A stretch of 32,000 bases of DNA from Fidelibacterota bacterium (GTDB lineage Bacteria; Fidelibacterota; Fidelibacteria; Fidelibacterales; Fidelibacteraceae). A program made the position numbers and the translations under genes. Shown piece after piece: positions 1 through 9,645 of the stretch. The notes under the pieces are model-generated. The model had not been told where the DNA came from. It did not search any database and saw nothing but the letters and a program-made list of their open reading frames with translations. How positions within the stretch are numbered: the first letter of the stretch is position 1; the number at the start of each line of letters is the position of its first letter. The stretch spans positions 224,119 to 256,118 of the forward strand of contig JAGGVO010000041.1 in assembly GCA_021157965.1 (NCBI GenBank). Direction: 5' to 3'.

Positions 1-22
1 ATGATGATGTGTAATCTGGATT

Positions 23-454
23 TCATCGTTCCACCAGGGCTGTGGTTTGACCTCCCGGGAGGATGAAAAGGGCTTTTTTGCTTTCACCCCGTATCTCCGG
101 CGGTGAAATGATTCGGACCGGAGACGCCAGGATTTCATTCCATACACGGTCCATATCACTCACACGCATGACGATGGTGTCTGTTCCCGGGATTCCGGCT
201 GTTATTATGAAGCCCTTGTTAAAAACATAACATGTCCTGTCCTTTGTTATTACGTGATCCAGCTTCTTTATGCGAAGAACTTCCTCGAAAAAAAAAGCAT
301 CGGCTTCAGGATCCTGTGAGGGAACGACCCATTCTCCGGACAGGATAAGGGGTTCTTCCGGCAGGTTCCGAATCAGCGTCGTGTTGAAAAACCAGATAAT
401 AACGGCAATCAGGATAAGAATTGCCGAAACACGTTGTATGGGGCTAATGCTCAT
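23..454 (-). CDS. hypothetical membrane-anchored protein (start uncertain: ATG at 454 or at 487)
   Basis: ORF track 23..487. The internal Met (MSISPIQRV...) is followed by one hydrophobic helix (SAILILIAVIIWFF) and then a soluble domain. I recognise no family motif. It overlaps the 3' end of the upstream CPBP gene by 11 or 44 nt, depending on the start chosen. Confidence 0.45.
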   Translation of the reverse strand: MSISPIQRVSAILILIAVIIWFFNTTLIRNLPEEPLILSGEWVVPSQDPEADAFFFEEVLRIKKLDHVITKDRTCYVFNKGFIITAGIPGTDTIVMRVSDMDRVWNEILASPVRIISPPEIRGESKKALFILPGGQTTALVER

Positions 455-1121
455 GAAAAAAGACTTTTGCAGCTTTGGGAAAAACAAAGAGGTTCATCAG
501 GTTCACACTCAGGTGTATACCCCATGGCATGACGAGACTTTGGCGGGTGACGATAAAATATGAGAGAATCAGGCTTGTAATAAATATCCATACTGTGGCA
601 CTTATTTGCTGAATGTTGGTATGGACGAAGGCAAAGATGGCGGACAGGAGTATTGCCGCCCACAACCAGTGAGTCCATACGGAGATCAGTGCCATAAAAA
701 GGTAAGCCCGGAACAGAATCTCTTCCACCAATGAGGCGCTCAGGTTAATGGCAAAAGCCCAGCGGCGCTGGACAGGGGTTTGGGGGATGAGTTCGTCCTG
801 CCGGGACAGGCGCTCGATGGGTGATTCACCTTTAATACGGCTGATAAGCCATTCCAGAAAAAGAAAAAGGAAGGAAAGAACTGCTCCGGCCAAAAGACCC
901 AGGACCAAATCAGGGATCAGATTCTCCAGGGTAAATAATCCACCAACACGGGATAACCACCGGTATAAAGAATCGTATTTAAGGGGATTTATGGAATAGA
1001 AAAGCCAGACAATGGCCGGAATGGCAGCGGTAAAGAGCCATAAAAAAATCTGCTGATAGAATCCAATGGGACTCCACACCAATGAGGCAGAAATTTTAAG
1101 GTCATTCGGGTCCTTGTCCAT
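444..1121 (-). CDS. CPBP family (CAAX-type) intramembrane glutamic endopeptidase
   Basis: Polytopic hydrophobic 225-aa protein. It has the family motifs EEILFR (EExxxR), FAFVH (FxxxH) and a later HLSVN (HxxxN). Confidence 0.8.
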   Translation of the reverse strand: MDKDPNDLKISASLVWSPIGFYQQIFLWLFTAAIPAIVWLFYSINPLKYDSLYRWLSRVGGLFTLENLIPDLVLGLLAGAVLSFLFLFLEWLISRIKGESPIERLSRQDELIPQTPVQRRWAFAINLSASLVEEILFRAYLFMALISVWTHWLWAAILLSAIFAFVHTNIQQISATVWIFITSLILSYFIVTRQSLVMPWGIHLSVNLMNLFVFPKAAKVFFHEH

Positions 1122-1138
1122 ATTTCCTTATCACAGGT

Positions 1139-1627
1139 TTACAGGGTTTTTTTGATTTCTTCCTCCCAGAAGGTGCGGGGACGGTAGCCGGTTACTTTGT
1201 TGACAATTCTGCCTTTTTTATCGATAACGAAGGTTGTGGGAATGCTTTGAAAATTGTCGTAATTCCTGACCACTTCCGGTGTAAACATAACTACGGGATA
1301 TTGAATCCCCATGTTCTGAATGTATTTATCCACTGCTTCCCAGCCGGTCTGGTCAACTGAAACTCCCACGATCATAAGACCATCCTCTTTATACTGATCA
1401 TACAAATCGATAAAATCGGGAATTTCGCGCTGGCAGGGTGGACACCAGGTGGCCCAGAAGTTCAAAATAATCATTTTTCCTTTATGATCGGACAAAATAA
1501 AGGTTTCCCCGTATCCGTTACGGAGTGTGAAATCCGGTGCATCTTTCAGGTTTTCTTTATTCTTATTGCATCCGGTCAGCATCATGGTCATGACCAGTAT
1601 AGACATCACAAACAAGCTTTTTTTCAT
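1139..1627 (-). CDS. TlpA/ResA-like thiol-disulfide oxidoreductase lipoprotein (thioredoxin fold)
   Basis: Signal peptide with an LTGC lipobox. WATWCPPCQREIP is a CxxC active site in the usual TlpA/AhpC-TSA context. AGGAG lies upstream of the ATG. Confidence 0.85.
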   Translation of the reverse strand: MKKSLFVMSILVMTMMLTGCNKNKENLKDAPDFTLRNGYGETFILSDHKGKMIILNFWATWCPPCQREIPDFIDLYDQYKEDGLMIVGVSVDQTGWEAVDKYIQNMGIQYPVVMFTPEVVRNYDNFQSIPTTFVIDKKGRIVNKVTGYRPRTFWEEEIKKTL

Positions 1628-1699
1628 TTTACGTCTCCTGTTTTTCTTTTAACCTTTTTAACCATCACGTTTGTTTTTAGGCGGTTAAAAGAAAAAAAG

Positions 1700-2167
1700 T
1701 TACAACTTTCCGGACTTCAACCGGCCAACCAGAAATTCCAGACCTTCCAGGTAACTCTGTTCTTTTTTTCCGGAAAATGTGGCAAGGCATACATCACGAA
1801 TCATGGACACCCGCCGAAAGGGATCACGCGAACTGATATCCGAAAGGTGAATTTCCACGACAGGGATTTTTATCAACTCAATGGCGTCCCGGATGGCAAT
1901 GCTGGTATGGGTATACGCGGCAGGATTTATCAGGATGCCGTCCACATATTTTCGCTGCCGTTGTAAGAGCGTTACCAGATTTCCTTCATGGTTAGTCTGA
2001 TAAAATTTGACATCTACATCCAGCTCCCGGGCCTTTTTACGGATGAGCGTGTTCAGTTTATCCAGGGTCAGACGGCCGTAGTGTTTCGGATCCCGGTGTC
2101 CCAGCAGATTCAAATTGGGGCCATGAAGTACAAGAATTTTTAGTTTTTTTTCAGATGGCTTTGACAA
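1700..2167 (-). CDS. aroQ: 3-dehydroquinate dehydratase, type II
   Basis: 155 aa. ILVLHGPNLNLLGHRDPKHYG and FYQTNHEGNLV are typical type II DHQase motifs. It is the last gene of the shikimate operon and overlaps aroB by 17 nt. Confidence 0.9.
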   Translation of the reverse strand: MSKPSEKKLKILVLHGPNLNLLGHRDPKHYGRLTLDKLNTLIRKKARELDVDVKFYQTNHEGNLVTLLQRQRKYVDGILINPAAYTHTSIAIRDAIELIKIPVVEIHLSDISSRDPFRRVSMIRDVCLATFSGKKEQSYLEGLEFLVGRLKSGKL

Positions 2168-3260
2168 ACTGAAGGTCCTTTACCCATTCAAGAGTTTCGT
2201 AAATAATGGATTTTGGGACATCATCCCGGATCACGGCATCGCCGATTTTTTGCAGAAGCACAAACTGGATTTTCCCGTTCCGAACTTTTTTATCGTGCGT
2301 CATGGCTTCGTACATCCGGTCGGTATCGTATTTTTTCAGGGATCCGGGGACAGGTATCCGCAGGAGATGCTGAATATATTGTTGAGAGACATCCGCCGGA
2401 AGGAGGCCCATGTCGGTGCTGAGTTTTAAGGCGGCACACATACCGATAATGACAGCCTCGCCGTGGGTGTACGTTCCGTAGCCTGCCGTATGTTCCACGG
2501 CGTGGCCAATGGTGTGGCCGAAATTCAGTACCATCCGCAAATTGCTTTCATGTTCATCGGCTGATACAATGAAGGACTTGATCTCAATAGCCCGGATAAT
2601 GGCCGCATTCACATGATCCAGGTTTTTCAGGGTTAGAATCTCGGAAAAATTTTCCAGGAGGAACTGTGTAAAAATACGGTCCCTGATAAACCCATATTTA
2701 ATTACTTCTCCAAAACCGGAAACCCTCTGGCGGAATTCCAGGGTTTTAAGAACCGTCGGATCGACAATCACAATTTTCGGCTGATAGATGGCTCCAATCA
2801 GGTTTTTCCCCCGGGCATGATTGATGCCCACCTTCCCGCCAATGGAAGAATCCACCTGGGCCAGAAGGGTTGTAGGGATCTGTACCAGATTCATACCCCG
2901 GTATATGGTGGCTGCCAGAAAACCTGCCGTATCCCCTACGACGCCACCTCCCAGGGCGATGACTGTGGATCCCCGGTCCATCTTTAAATCCAGCATGGTA
3001 TCATACAGATACTGTACCGTTTTCAGGTTTTTGTTGGCTTCCCCGCTGGGCATGAGAATATAGCAAACCTGAAAGCCCTCTTGTTTCAGCGATTTTTCCA
3101 CCACATTCTTATAAAGGGCTGATACATGCTGACTGGATACAAGTACCACACGAGAGCTGATATTCAATTTTTTCAGTATGCTTCCCACAGTGGGAAGGCT
3201 CTCGTTTTTTACGTAGATGGGATAACTGCGTTCGTGAAGGTCTACTCGTATTTTATGCAT
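2151..3260 (-). CDS. aroB: 3-dehydroquinate synthase
   Basis: 369 aa. It has the GGGVVGDTAGFLAA nucleotide-binding glycine motif. The metal-ligand region LNFGHTIGHAVE...THGEAV is typical of AroB. Confidence 0.92.
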   Translation of the reverse strand: MHKIRVDLHERSYPIYVKNESLPTVGSILKKLNISSRVVLVSSQHVSALYKNVVEKSLKQEGFQVCYILMPSGEANKNLKTVQYLYDTMLDLKMDRGSTVIALGGGVVGDTAGFLAATIYRGMNLVQIPTTLLAQVDSSIGGKVGINHARGKNLIGAIYQPKIVIVDPTVLKTLEFRQRVSGFGEVIKYGFIRDRIFTQFLLENFSEILTLKNLDHVNAAIIRAIEIKSFIVSADEHESNLRMVLNFGHTIGHAVEHTAGYGTYTHGEAVIIGMCAALKLSTDMGLLPADVSQQYIQHLLRIPVPGSLKKYDTDRMYEAMTHDKKVRNGKIQFVLLQKIGDAVIRDDVPKSIIYETLEWVKDLQFVKAI

Positions 3261-3765
3261 TTTTTTTATCTAACTTTTCAAGAATTTCCCGAACGATGTC
3301 ACGGATGCTTCTTCCGTCGGTTTGAATATAATAATTCGCTTGTTTATAAACAAAAGTTCGTTTGTCCAGAATTTGCTGAATGTGAGCCGGCTGGAGAGGT
3401 TGAGGTAACAGAGGCCTGTTTTCACTCATTTTTACACGCTCCAGGATAGTTTGGGGTTCCGCCTGCAGCCAGATGACCACTCCCGTGGACTTCATCCATT
3501 CCCGGTTTCTTTCGTCCAGAGGAAATCCACCGCCGGTGGCAATGACCATATCAGAGGTATTGGGAAGAGGATCATGTTTTATGTCTCTTTCCAGTTTCCG
3601 GAAAGCCTCTTCACCTTCTGTCCGGAATATTTCCGGAATGCTCTTCCCTGTCTTTTTTTCCAGATAATGGTCCAGATCCAAAAAGGTGCATTTGAGTGAT
3701 TTTGCCAGAGCCTGGCCCACTTCGGTCTTGCCGGTTCCCATCATACCTGTCAGGAAGATGATCAT
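3253..3765 (-). CDS. aroK: shikimate kinase
   Basis: 170 aa. It has the Walker A motif GMMGTGKT near the N-terminus and ATGGG (shikimate-binding GGG). It overlaps aroB by 8 nt and aroC by 4 nt. Confidence 0.9.
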   Translation of the reverse strand: MIIFLTGMMGTGKTEVGQALAKSLKCTFLDLDHYLEKKTGKSIPEIFRTEGEEAFRKLERDIKHDPLPNTSDMVIATGGGFPLDERNREWMKSTGVVIWLQAEPQTILERVKMSENRPLLPQPLQPAHIQQILDKRTFVYKQANYYIQTDGRSIRDIVREILEKLDKKNA

Positions 3766-4901
3766 TGGAATGCTTCCCGGTGTTTCAGGGTTTCTTCCCA
3801 GCTGTCTCCGCCGAATTTCATGAGAAAAGCCTCAAGAAGGGGAATAGCCGTGACATTTTCGGCTACGACGGAGGCTGCCGGGACGGCACAACTGTCTGTC
3901 CGTTCTTTATGAGCAGATGTCTGCTTTCCTGTTTTCAAATCCACGCTGGCCAGAGGTTTGGAGAGGGTGGGGATGGGTTTCATGACGGCGGAGAAAATCA
4001 GGTCGCAGCCGTTGCTCATCCCTCCTTCAATCCCGCCGCTATGATTGGTGCTCCGGTAAATTTTCCCCTCTTTTATTTCAAGGGGGTCGTGGACACGGCT
4101 TCCCGGGAGTTCAGCTGCTTTAAATCCCAGGCCGAATTCAATCCCGCGGATGGCGGGAATCCCAAGGATTTGAGCGGCAATCATGGATGTCAGGCGCTCG
4201 TTCCATTGGGTATAACTCCCAAGACCTACAGGCAGATTCCGAACGGCGACACGGAACAGGCCTCCCAGGGAATCACCCTCTTTCCGGGCAGTGTCAATAG
4301 CTTTTATCATCAATTTTTCCGTCTTGGAATCCGGACAACGTACGGGAGATTTATCTGCCTGAATCCAGTCTGCCACAGGAGGCATGTGTTCTGGATCCAC
4401 TCCTGCCGGACCGATCCGTGTGACAATAGAGTAAAGAGAGATGCCGGCATTTTCAAGAAACTGGCGGCATACGGCCCCGGCCAGAGTTCGGACTGCAGTT
4501 TCGCGGGCACTGGCTCGCTCCAGAATATTCCGAAGATCGTCGGTTTTATACTTCAGCATGCCGGCGTAATCGGCATGACCGGGCCGGGGGACTGAAATTT
4601 TTTCCGACAAATCTGCCCGGACCGGGTCCATCGTTTTCTTCCAGTTTTCAAAATCCCGATTCCGGATGATACAGGCGAGGGGACTTCCAAGAGTCATGCT
4701 GTTTCGCAGTCCGGAAAGAATTTCCACCCGATCCGTCTCAATTCTCATCCGGCCACCCCGTCCGTAACCCTTCTGACGGCGACTCAGCTGTCGATTGATT
4801 TCATCCACATCTAAGCGGAATCCCGATGGGAGACCGTGGATGATAACGCTGAGTGCCGGACCGTGACTTTCACCGGCCGTGATACATTGGATTCGTTTCA
4901 T
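3762..4901 (-). CDS. aroC: chorismate synthase
   Basis: The chosen start, MKRIQCITAGESHGPAL, is the canonical AroC N-terminus. RPGHADY and SGGIEGGMSNG are also present. The ATG at 4901 gives a 4-nt ATGA overlap with the aroE stop. The ORF-track extension to 4985 adds 28 uncharacteristic residues. Confidence 0.9.
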   Translation of the reverse strand: MKRIQCITAGESHGPALSVIIHGLPSGFRLDVDEINRQLSRRQKGYGRGGRMRIETDRVEILSGLRNSMTLGSPLACIIRNRDFENWKKTMDPVRADLSEKISVPRPGHADYAGMLKYKTDDLRNILERASARETAVRTLAGAVCRQFLENAGISLYSIVTRIGPAGVDPEHMPPVADWIQADKSPVRCPDSKTEKLMIKAIDTARKEGDSLGGLFRVAVRNLPVGLGSYTQWNERLTSMIAAQILGIPAIRGIEFGLGFKAAELPGSRVHDPLEIKEGKIYRSTNHSGGIEGGMSNGCDLIFSAVMKPIPTLSKPLASVDLKTGKQTSAHKERTDSCAVPAASVVAENVTAIPLLEAFLMKFGGDSWEETLKHREAFQ

Positions 4902-5722
4902 GATGACATCCCCGTTTGTTTTATGATCGCCAGGCGGAGAGACTCCCGGTTGATTTTTTTCACGATGCCGGGCTCTTTTCGCCAAATGGCCTGGCTGTCA
5001 AGCGCTTGTTCAATGAGAAGTCCCAGACCATCTGCCGTTTCAATGCCATAATGCCGGAAATAACGTTGGAAATGGGTAGGCAAAGGTGCGTAATTCAAAT
5101 CAAGAAAGCTGTCCCCGGCCCTGGGGATTACCTGAAAAACCGCCGGAATTTCCGGATGGTTGACCGATCCTGCAGGTGTTGCATTGATCCAAAGTGTAGA
5201 TCCGGAATAGACCTCCTTTTCTGAATAGGGCAGAAGGTTGAATCGTGCGCAGAATTTCCGGATTGTTTCAGGAGATCTTCCGGCAATATAAATAGCATGA
5301 ATACCCTGTGATTTCAGGGCGTTGACTACCGCCGGGGCCACACCACCGTATCCAAAGAGAACATAGCGGTTAAATGAGGTGTAACCCTCAGCCTTCAGGA
5401 TCCGGACCATCCCCGTCATGTCCGTGTTCCATGCCTGGATTTCTGAATCGGAAAAATACAGCGTATTTGCCGAGCCGCATTGTTTTGCACTGATATCCTG
5501 CTGCCGGGCAAAGGGGAGGACATCTTTTTTGTAGGGGATAGTTATGTTGACTCCTGTATATCCCTCCTGTTGCAGGCGGGACAGGGTTTTTTCCAGATCG
5601 GACGGTGGAATATCAAACCGTTCATATTGAAGTGAAAGTAAACCGGTTTTTTTCCCAATAAGGGTGTGAAGGTATGGGCTGATGGAGTAGGCAATATGAT
5701 GTCCGATAATCCCCAGTTTCAT
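4898..5722 (-). CDS. aroE: shikimate 5-dehydrogenase
   Basis: 274 aa. It has IIGHHIAYSISPYLH (substrate-binding SxS), NITIPYK, NTD and the GYGGVAPAV Rossmann glycine motif. Confidence 0.88.
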   Translation of the reverse strand: MKLGIIGHHIAYSISPYLHTLIGKKTGLLSLQYERFDIPPSDLEKTLSRLQQEGYTGVNITIPYKKDVLPFARQQDISAKQCGSANTLYFSDSEIQAWNTDMTGMVRILKAEGYTSFNRYVLFGYGGVAPAVVNALKSQGIHAIYIAGRSPETIRKFCARFNLLPYSEKEVYSGSTLWINATPAGSVNHPEIPAVFQVIPRAGDSFLDLNYAPLPTHFQRYFRHYGIETADGLGLLIEQALDSQAIWRKEPGIVKKINRESLRLAIIKQTGMSS

Positions 5723-5725
5723 AAT

Positions 5726-7015
5726 TTACTGCCGGATTTTTTCAAGTGTGCTGAAGAAATCCGGATAGCTGATATCCACAACCGAGTAATCTTCGATAAT
5801 CACGGGGTCTGAAGCAATCAACCCGGCAATGGCCATGGTCATGGCGATCCGGTGGTCCATATAGGCATTAACGATGCCGCCGTGAAGGGGCGTGGAACCG
5901 TGGATTGTCATACCGTCCTCGTGTTCTTCAATCTCGGCACCCAGGGTTTTCAGACATGCAACGGTTGTGGCGATGCGGTCACTCTCTTTCACACGGAGTT
6001 CCCGGGCACCGCGAACGCGCGTGATTCCCTTTGCCTGAGTGGCGATGAGCGCCAGTATGGGAATTTCATCAATGAGGTCGGGAATATTTCTGGATGTCAC
6101 GGAAAATCCCTGGAGTTCTGAACTTTTTACAACAATATCTCCATAGGGTTCATGACTTCTTTTTTCTTCACTGCAGTGAATATCGGCACCGGCATTTTGC
6201 AGAAGCCTGATATATGCAATGCGCGTGGGATTCAGGCTGACATTGTTCAGGACAATGCGGCTTTTAGGAAGTAAAAGTGCCGCTGCCACCCAAAATGCAG
6301 CTGAGGAAGGATCAGCGGGCACATTATATTCAAATCCGGGAATCGGCCGTTTCAGGGTATGGACCATCCACGTGTTTTTCTTTTTGAATATGGGAATGCC
6401 CAGCATTTTCATCATCCGCTCGGTATGATCCCTGCACCGGACCGGTTCAGTCACATGGGTTTTACCCTCTGCCAGGAGTCCGGCCAGCAGGATGGCGGAT
6501 TTGACCTGTGCACTGGCCACAGGCAGGGTGTAGCGGATTCCTTTGAGTTTCGAGGGAAAAATATTTAAAGGCAGATGACCATCCGTACTGTCAAAGACGG
6601 CATTCATTTTTGACAGGGGCTCAATTATCCGTCCCATGGGCCGGCGGGAGAGAGATTCGTCACCGTAGAGAACCGATTCAAAGGACTGTCCTGCCAGAAG
6701 TCCGGCAAGAAGGCGGGTTGTGGTTCCGGAGTTCCCGCAATTAAAGGCGGTTTTATCCTCTCCGGACCAGCCATGAAGCCCCGGGCTCTTTACATTGACG
6801 GTATAGCGGCCCAATTGAAAATGAACTCCTACTTTTTGCAGGCATGCTATGGTTGAAAGGACATCCACACCTTTATTCAGATAGCGGATTTTGGATTTTC
6901 CTTTGGCAATGGCGGCAAAAATCAAGGCCCGGTGACTGATGGATTTGTCCCCCGGAAGCGAGATTTTTCCCCGGACCCGTTCAGCGGGTATTATTTTGCA
7001 GGTGTTTTTAATCAT
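5726..7015 (-). CDS. aroA: 3-phosphoshikimate 1-carboxyvinyltransferase (EPSP synthase)
   Basis: 429 aa. It has LPGDKSISHRALIFAA, NSGTTTRLL, RELRVKESDR and DHRIAMT, which are classic EPSPS motifs. Confidence 0.93.
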   Translation of the reverse strand: MIKNTCKIIPAERVRGKISLPGDKSISHRALIFAAIAKGKSKIRYLNKGVDVLSTIACLQKVGVHFQLGRYTVNVKSPGLHGWSGEDKTAFNCGNSGTTTRLLAGLLAGQSFESVLYGDESLSRRPMGRIIEPLSKMNAVFDSTDGHLPLNIFPSKLKGIRYTLPVASAQVKSAILLAGLLAEGKTHVTEPVRCRDHTERMMKMLGIPIFKKKNTWMVHTLKRPIPGFEYNVPADPSSAAFWVAAALLLPKSRIVLNNVSLNPTRIAYIRLLQNAGADIHCSEEKRSHEPYGDIVVKSSELQGFSVTSRNIPDLIDEIPILALIATQAKGITRVRGARELRVKESDRIATTVACLKTLGAEIEEHEDGMTIHGSTPLHGGIVNAYMDHRIAMTMAIAGLIASDPVIIEDYSVVDISYPDFFSTLEKIRQ

Positions 7016-8315
7016 CCATGATAACGGAAATAAAATCCGTGATATTGTAATCCAAATCCTGAATACCGGAACGGATTAGTTTCAAATTATGCAATTTTAC
7101 ACAAGTTTCGGGGGCAATCACAAAGGCATTTTGTGGAATATCTCCCCGTGACAGCATCGCGGCGGCTGCGGCGGTGTCCCGTTCTTCCACCTGAGGGATG
7201 TCAGGATAGTGGGTACTCAGATAGCTTTTGCACTGACGCAGGGCCTGAAGGTGTGAATGTATTGATGCCGGCTTTCCCTCAAAATCCGGCCGGGATAAAA
7301 GGCACTGTTTGACCAGAAAGGGGAAATGACCTGAAATTTTGCAGCGGGTCCCGGCGAGATGGGTCAGGGTTTCCTGAACTACACCGCCTACGGCATTCTG
7401 TATAGGCAGCAAACCGATGTCAATGCGTCCCAGTTCAAGATGCTCCAGCACATTTTCCGCCGATGTCAGGCAAAGCACTTCCCCGTTCACAAGCTGACGA
7501 TCCCGGATATACTGTAAAGCCGCCTCATGGGAAAAACTTCCCTCATCACCCATGGCACCGACACGGACCTTTTCTTTCCGGATGTTGAAGGACTCCTTTC
7601 GTATCAGAGACGCCACTGTATGGGTCGCTTTCATGAAAGCTCTGAACATTTCCGAGGAATGTTCATTGTACATAAGCATATCTCTGAAAAGCTGTGACGT
7701 GTCATGGCTGCAAAAGGTCTCTACTGCCCGGAGCATGCCGTATCCCTTGGTAGGTGTTTTAGACTCGGGCAAATTCAGGGTCAGAAGAATATTTCCTATA
7801 AAATGGGTGAGGCCCTGGGACTCGGCAATGTGTTTGTCATGTTCATCAGGACTTAAAATCCGGGTAAAAAAATGCCATTCCTGAAAAGTATCCCGCCATG
7901 TTTCGGCCAGTTGGGGGTATTGACCGGAAGGTGTGAGGATAATCAGGTTGACCCGGTTTTCCGCATAGCTGTCCGGACCAAAAAGAGGGTGAATCCCCAG
8001 ATGGGGGATATGGGGAATGATCTCATCCATCCACCGTACAGGATAAGCCTTCACCGATCCTGTATCAATGACTATAGATGTTGAATTGATTTTGTCCCGG
8101 TTTTCATGAAGAAAGGCCGGAATGGCCGATATGGGGATGCAGAGAAAAATCACCTCTTTTTGAAGTGCCTCATCCAGGGACACCTGTCTGATTTTCTTTT
8201 CAGGGGTTACGGAATTTATGTCGTAGACAGATACTGTCCCGTACCGGGCAAGGATAGAGGCAAAAACCCGGCCGAAACGGCCGTAACCGATGATAGCAAA
8301 TTCACGGGATTTCAT
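7008..8315 (-). CDS. fused prephenate dehydrogenase (N-terminal) / prephenate dehydratase (C-terminal); no ACT domain visible
   Basis: The first ~245 aa have a Rossmann motif (IIGYGRFG), GSVK, HPLFGP and SPDEHDKHIA..LTHF, matching TyrA. The C-terminal ~185 aa match the PheA PDT domain. Those matches are GAMGDEGSFSHEAA, LPIQNAVGG, SHLQALRQC and NITDF, a variant of NxTRF. The protein ends about 10 aa after that last motif. Confidence 0.75.
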   Translation of the reverse strand: MKSREFAIIGYGRFGRVFASILARYGTVSVYDINSVTPEKKIRQVSLDEALQKEVIFLCIPISAIPAFLHENRDKINSTSIVIDTGSVKAYPVRWMDEIIPHIPHLGIHPLFGPDSYAENRVNLIILTPSGQYPQLAETWRDTFQEWHFFTRILSPDEHDKHIAESQGLTHFIGNILLTLNLPESKTPTKGYGMLRAVETFCSHDTSQLFRDMLMYNEHSSEMFRAFMKATHTVASLIRKESFNIRKEKVRVGAMGDEGSFSHEAALQYIRDRQLVNGEVLCLTSAENVLEHLELGRIDIGLLPIQNAVGGVVQETLTHLAGTRCKISGHFPFLVKQCLLSRPDFEGKPASIHSHLQALRQCKSYLSTHYPDIPQVEERDTAAAAAMLSRGDIPQNAFVIAPETCVKLHNLKLIRSGIQDLDYNITDFISVIMDD

Positions 8316-9334
8316 TTTTTCAGCAATCCCCGCCCGATCACCTGACTGATGATATGGAGCTCTTTCATAAGATGGTTGAATTGTTTGGGGTAGAGGGATT
8401 GAGGCCCGTCAGAGAGAGCATTGATGGGATCGTCATGAACTTCCACCATGATGCCGTCCGCTCCGGCGGCTACGGCAGCCCGGGCCATGGGAACCACAAG
8501 CTCCCGGTTTCCCATGGCATGGCTTGGATCCACAATGATGGGTAAATGGGACAATTTTTTCACTACGGGGACTGAAGAGAGGTCCAGGGTAAAACGGGTG
8601 GAATTTTCAAATGTCCGGATCCCGCGTTCACATAAAATCACCTTTGAATTTCCGCCGTTCACAATATATTCGGCGGCATTCAGCCACTCTTCCACTGTGG
8701 CGGAGATGCCCCGTTTGAGGATCACCGGCTTGTCTACAGTCCCCAGGGCTTTGAGAAGGCTGTAATTCTGCATATTCCGGGCACCGACCTGAAGGGCATC
8801 CACATATTTGCAAAACAGGTCGATATCCGATATGGCCATCACTTCGGAAACACAGGGGATCCCCGATGCAAAGGCCGCATCCTGCAGGTATTTCAGTCCC
8901 TCTTCTCCCAGTCCCTGAAAGGTATAGGGGGATGACCGGGGTTTGTATGCACCGCCCCGGAGTACATGAGCACCGTAACGTTTGATTTCCCGGGAGAGCT
9001 TGTGAACCATCTTTTCATTTTCCACGGAGCAGGGACCGGCGATGACGGCGATTTCTTTGCCCCCGAAGGGGACTTTCCCCACATGGACAATGGTGTTTGA
9101 CGGCTTAAATGTCCGGGAACACTGTTTATAACTTTCTGATATCCGGATGACTTTGTTAACACCGTCAAACCCTTTGATTTTTTCGATGTCAACCCGGGAA
9201 ATATCTCCGATAATCCCAAGGATCATGTGATCTTCACCCCGGGATTTATGTATTTTCAGATCTAGTTTGTGCAGGTGCTCGGAAATCTGTTCGATTTGGG
9301 CGTCCTTTGCGCCCTGATTCATTACAATAATCAT
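8312..9334 (-). CDS. 3-deoxy-7-phosphoheptulonate (DAHP) synthase, type I-beta, with an N-terminal ferredoxin-like regulatory domain
   Basis: 340 aa. The core has IAGPCSVEN, LRGGAYKPRSSPYTFQGLG, KRG and VDPSH, as in the KDO8PS/DAHPS I-beta family. An ~80-aa N-terminal extension (MIIVMNQGAKDAQIEQISEHL...) resembles the Thermotoga-type regulatory domain. Confidence 0.88.
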   Translation of the reverse strand: MIIVMNQGAKDAQIEQISEHLHKLDLKIHKSRGEDHMILGIIGDISRVDIEKIKGFDGVNKVIRISESYKQCSRTFKPSNTIVHVGKVPFGGKEIAVIAGPCSVENEKMVHKLSREIKRYGAHVLRGGAYKPRSSPYTFQGLGEEGLKYLQDAAFASGIPCVSEVMAISDIDLFCKYVDALQVGARNMQNYSLLKALGTVDKPVILKRGISATVEEWLNAAEYIVNGGNSKVILCERGIRTFENSTRFTLDLSSVPVVKKLSHLPIIVDPSHAMGNRELVVPMARAAVAAGADGIMVEVHDDPINALSDGPQSLYPKQFNHLMKELHIISQVIGRGLLKK

Positions 9335-9636
9335 GATGAATGCTCCTTGTTCTCATTCGTATCTCTGGCACCCTCTTGTCCGGCCTTACGTCCAAGGGCA
9401 ATGATCTGCGTGAACAAGGCTTTCAGGTCCGCTGGTTTTAAAAAGCGGGATTGAACGCCCTCCAGGGAGTGATAAATTTCCTCTTCACGTCCCGGAACCG
9501 TCACAGGTTGTCCTGTTTTCCCCTTCTCCCTCCCGATCTGGTAGGCCAGTTCCATCCTTTTGGTTAAAAGTTCGACCAAAGATTTGTCGATACTGTCAAT
9601 TTGGCTCCGGAGAGATTGTATGATTGTTTCATCCAT
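9331..9636 (-). CDS. chorismate mutase (AroQ class, monofunctional)
   Basis: 101 aa. LRSQIDSIDKSLVELLTKRMELAYQIGREK is the typical CM_2 helix 1 (R..ID..D..L..LL..R). It has a 4-nt ATGA overlap with the DAHP synthase start. Confidence 0.8.
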   Translation of the reverse strand: MDETIIQSLRSQIDSIDKSLVELLTKRMELAYQIGREKGKTGQPVTVPGREEEIYHSLEGVQSRFLKPADLKALFTQIIALGRKAGQEGARDTNENKEHSS

Positions 9637-9645
9637 GGGAAGAAT

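Noticed and set aside
1628-1699. Possible terminator between aroQ and the thioredoxin gene on the minus strand
   Set aside because: There is only a 6-bp AT-rich inverted repeat (TTAACC...GGTTAA) with a ~19-nt loop and no proper U-tract, which is too weak to call.
3765-4595. 276-aa plus-strand ORF
   Set aside because: It lies entirely antisense to the well-supported chorismate synthase gene. The product is Gly/Pro/Cys-rich with no recognisable motif and no RBS, which is typical of a shadow ORF.
4902-4985. N-terminal 28-codon extension of aroC given in the ORF track
   Set aside because: The extension (MAKRARHREKNQPG...) is not part of any chorismate synthase I know and would overlap aroE by 88 nt. 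The ATG at 4901 gives the canonical AroC N-terminus and an ATGA junction.
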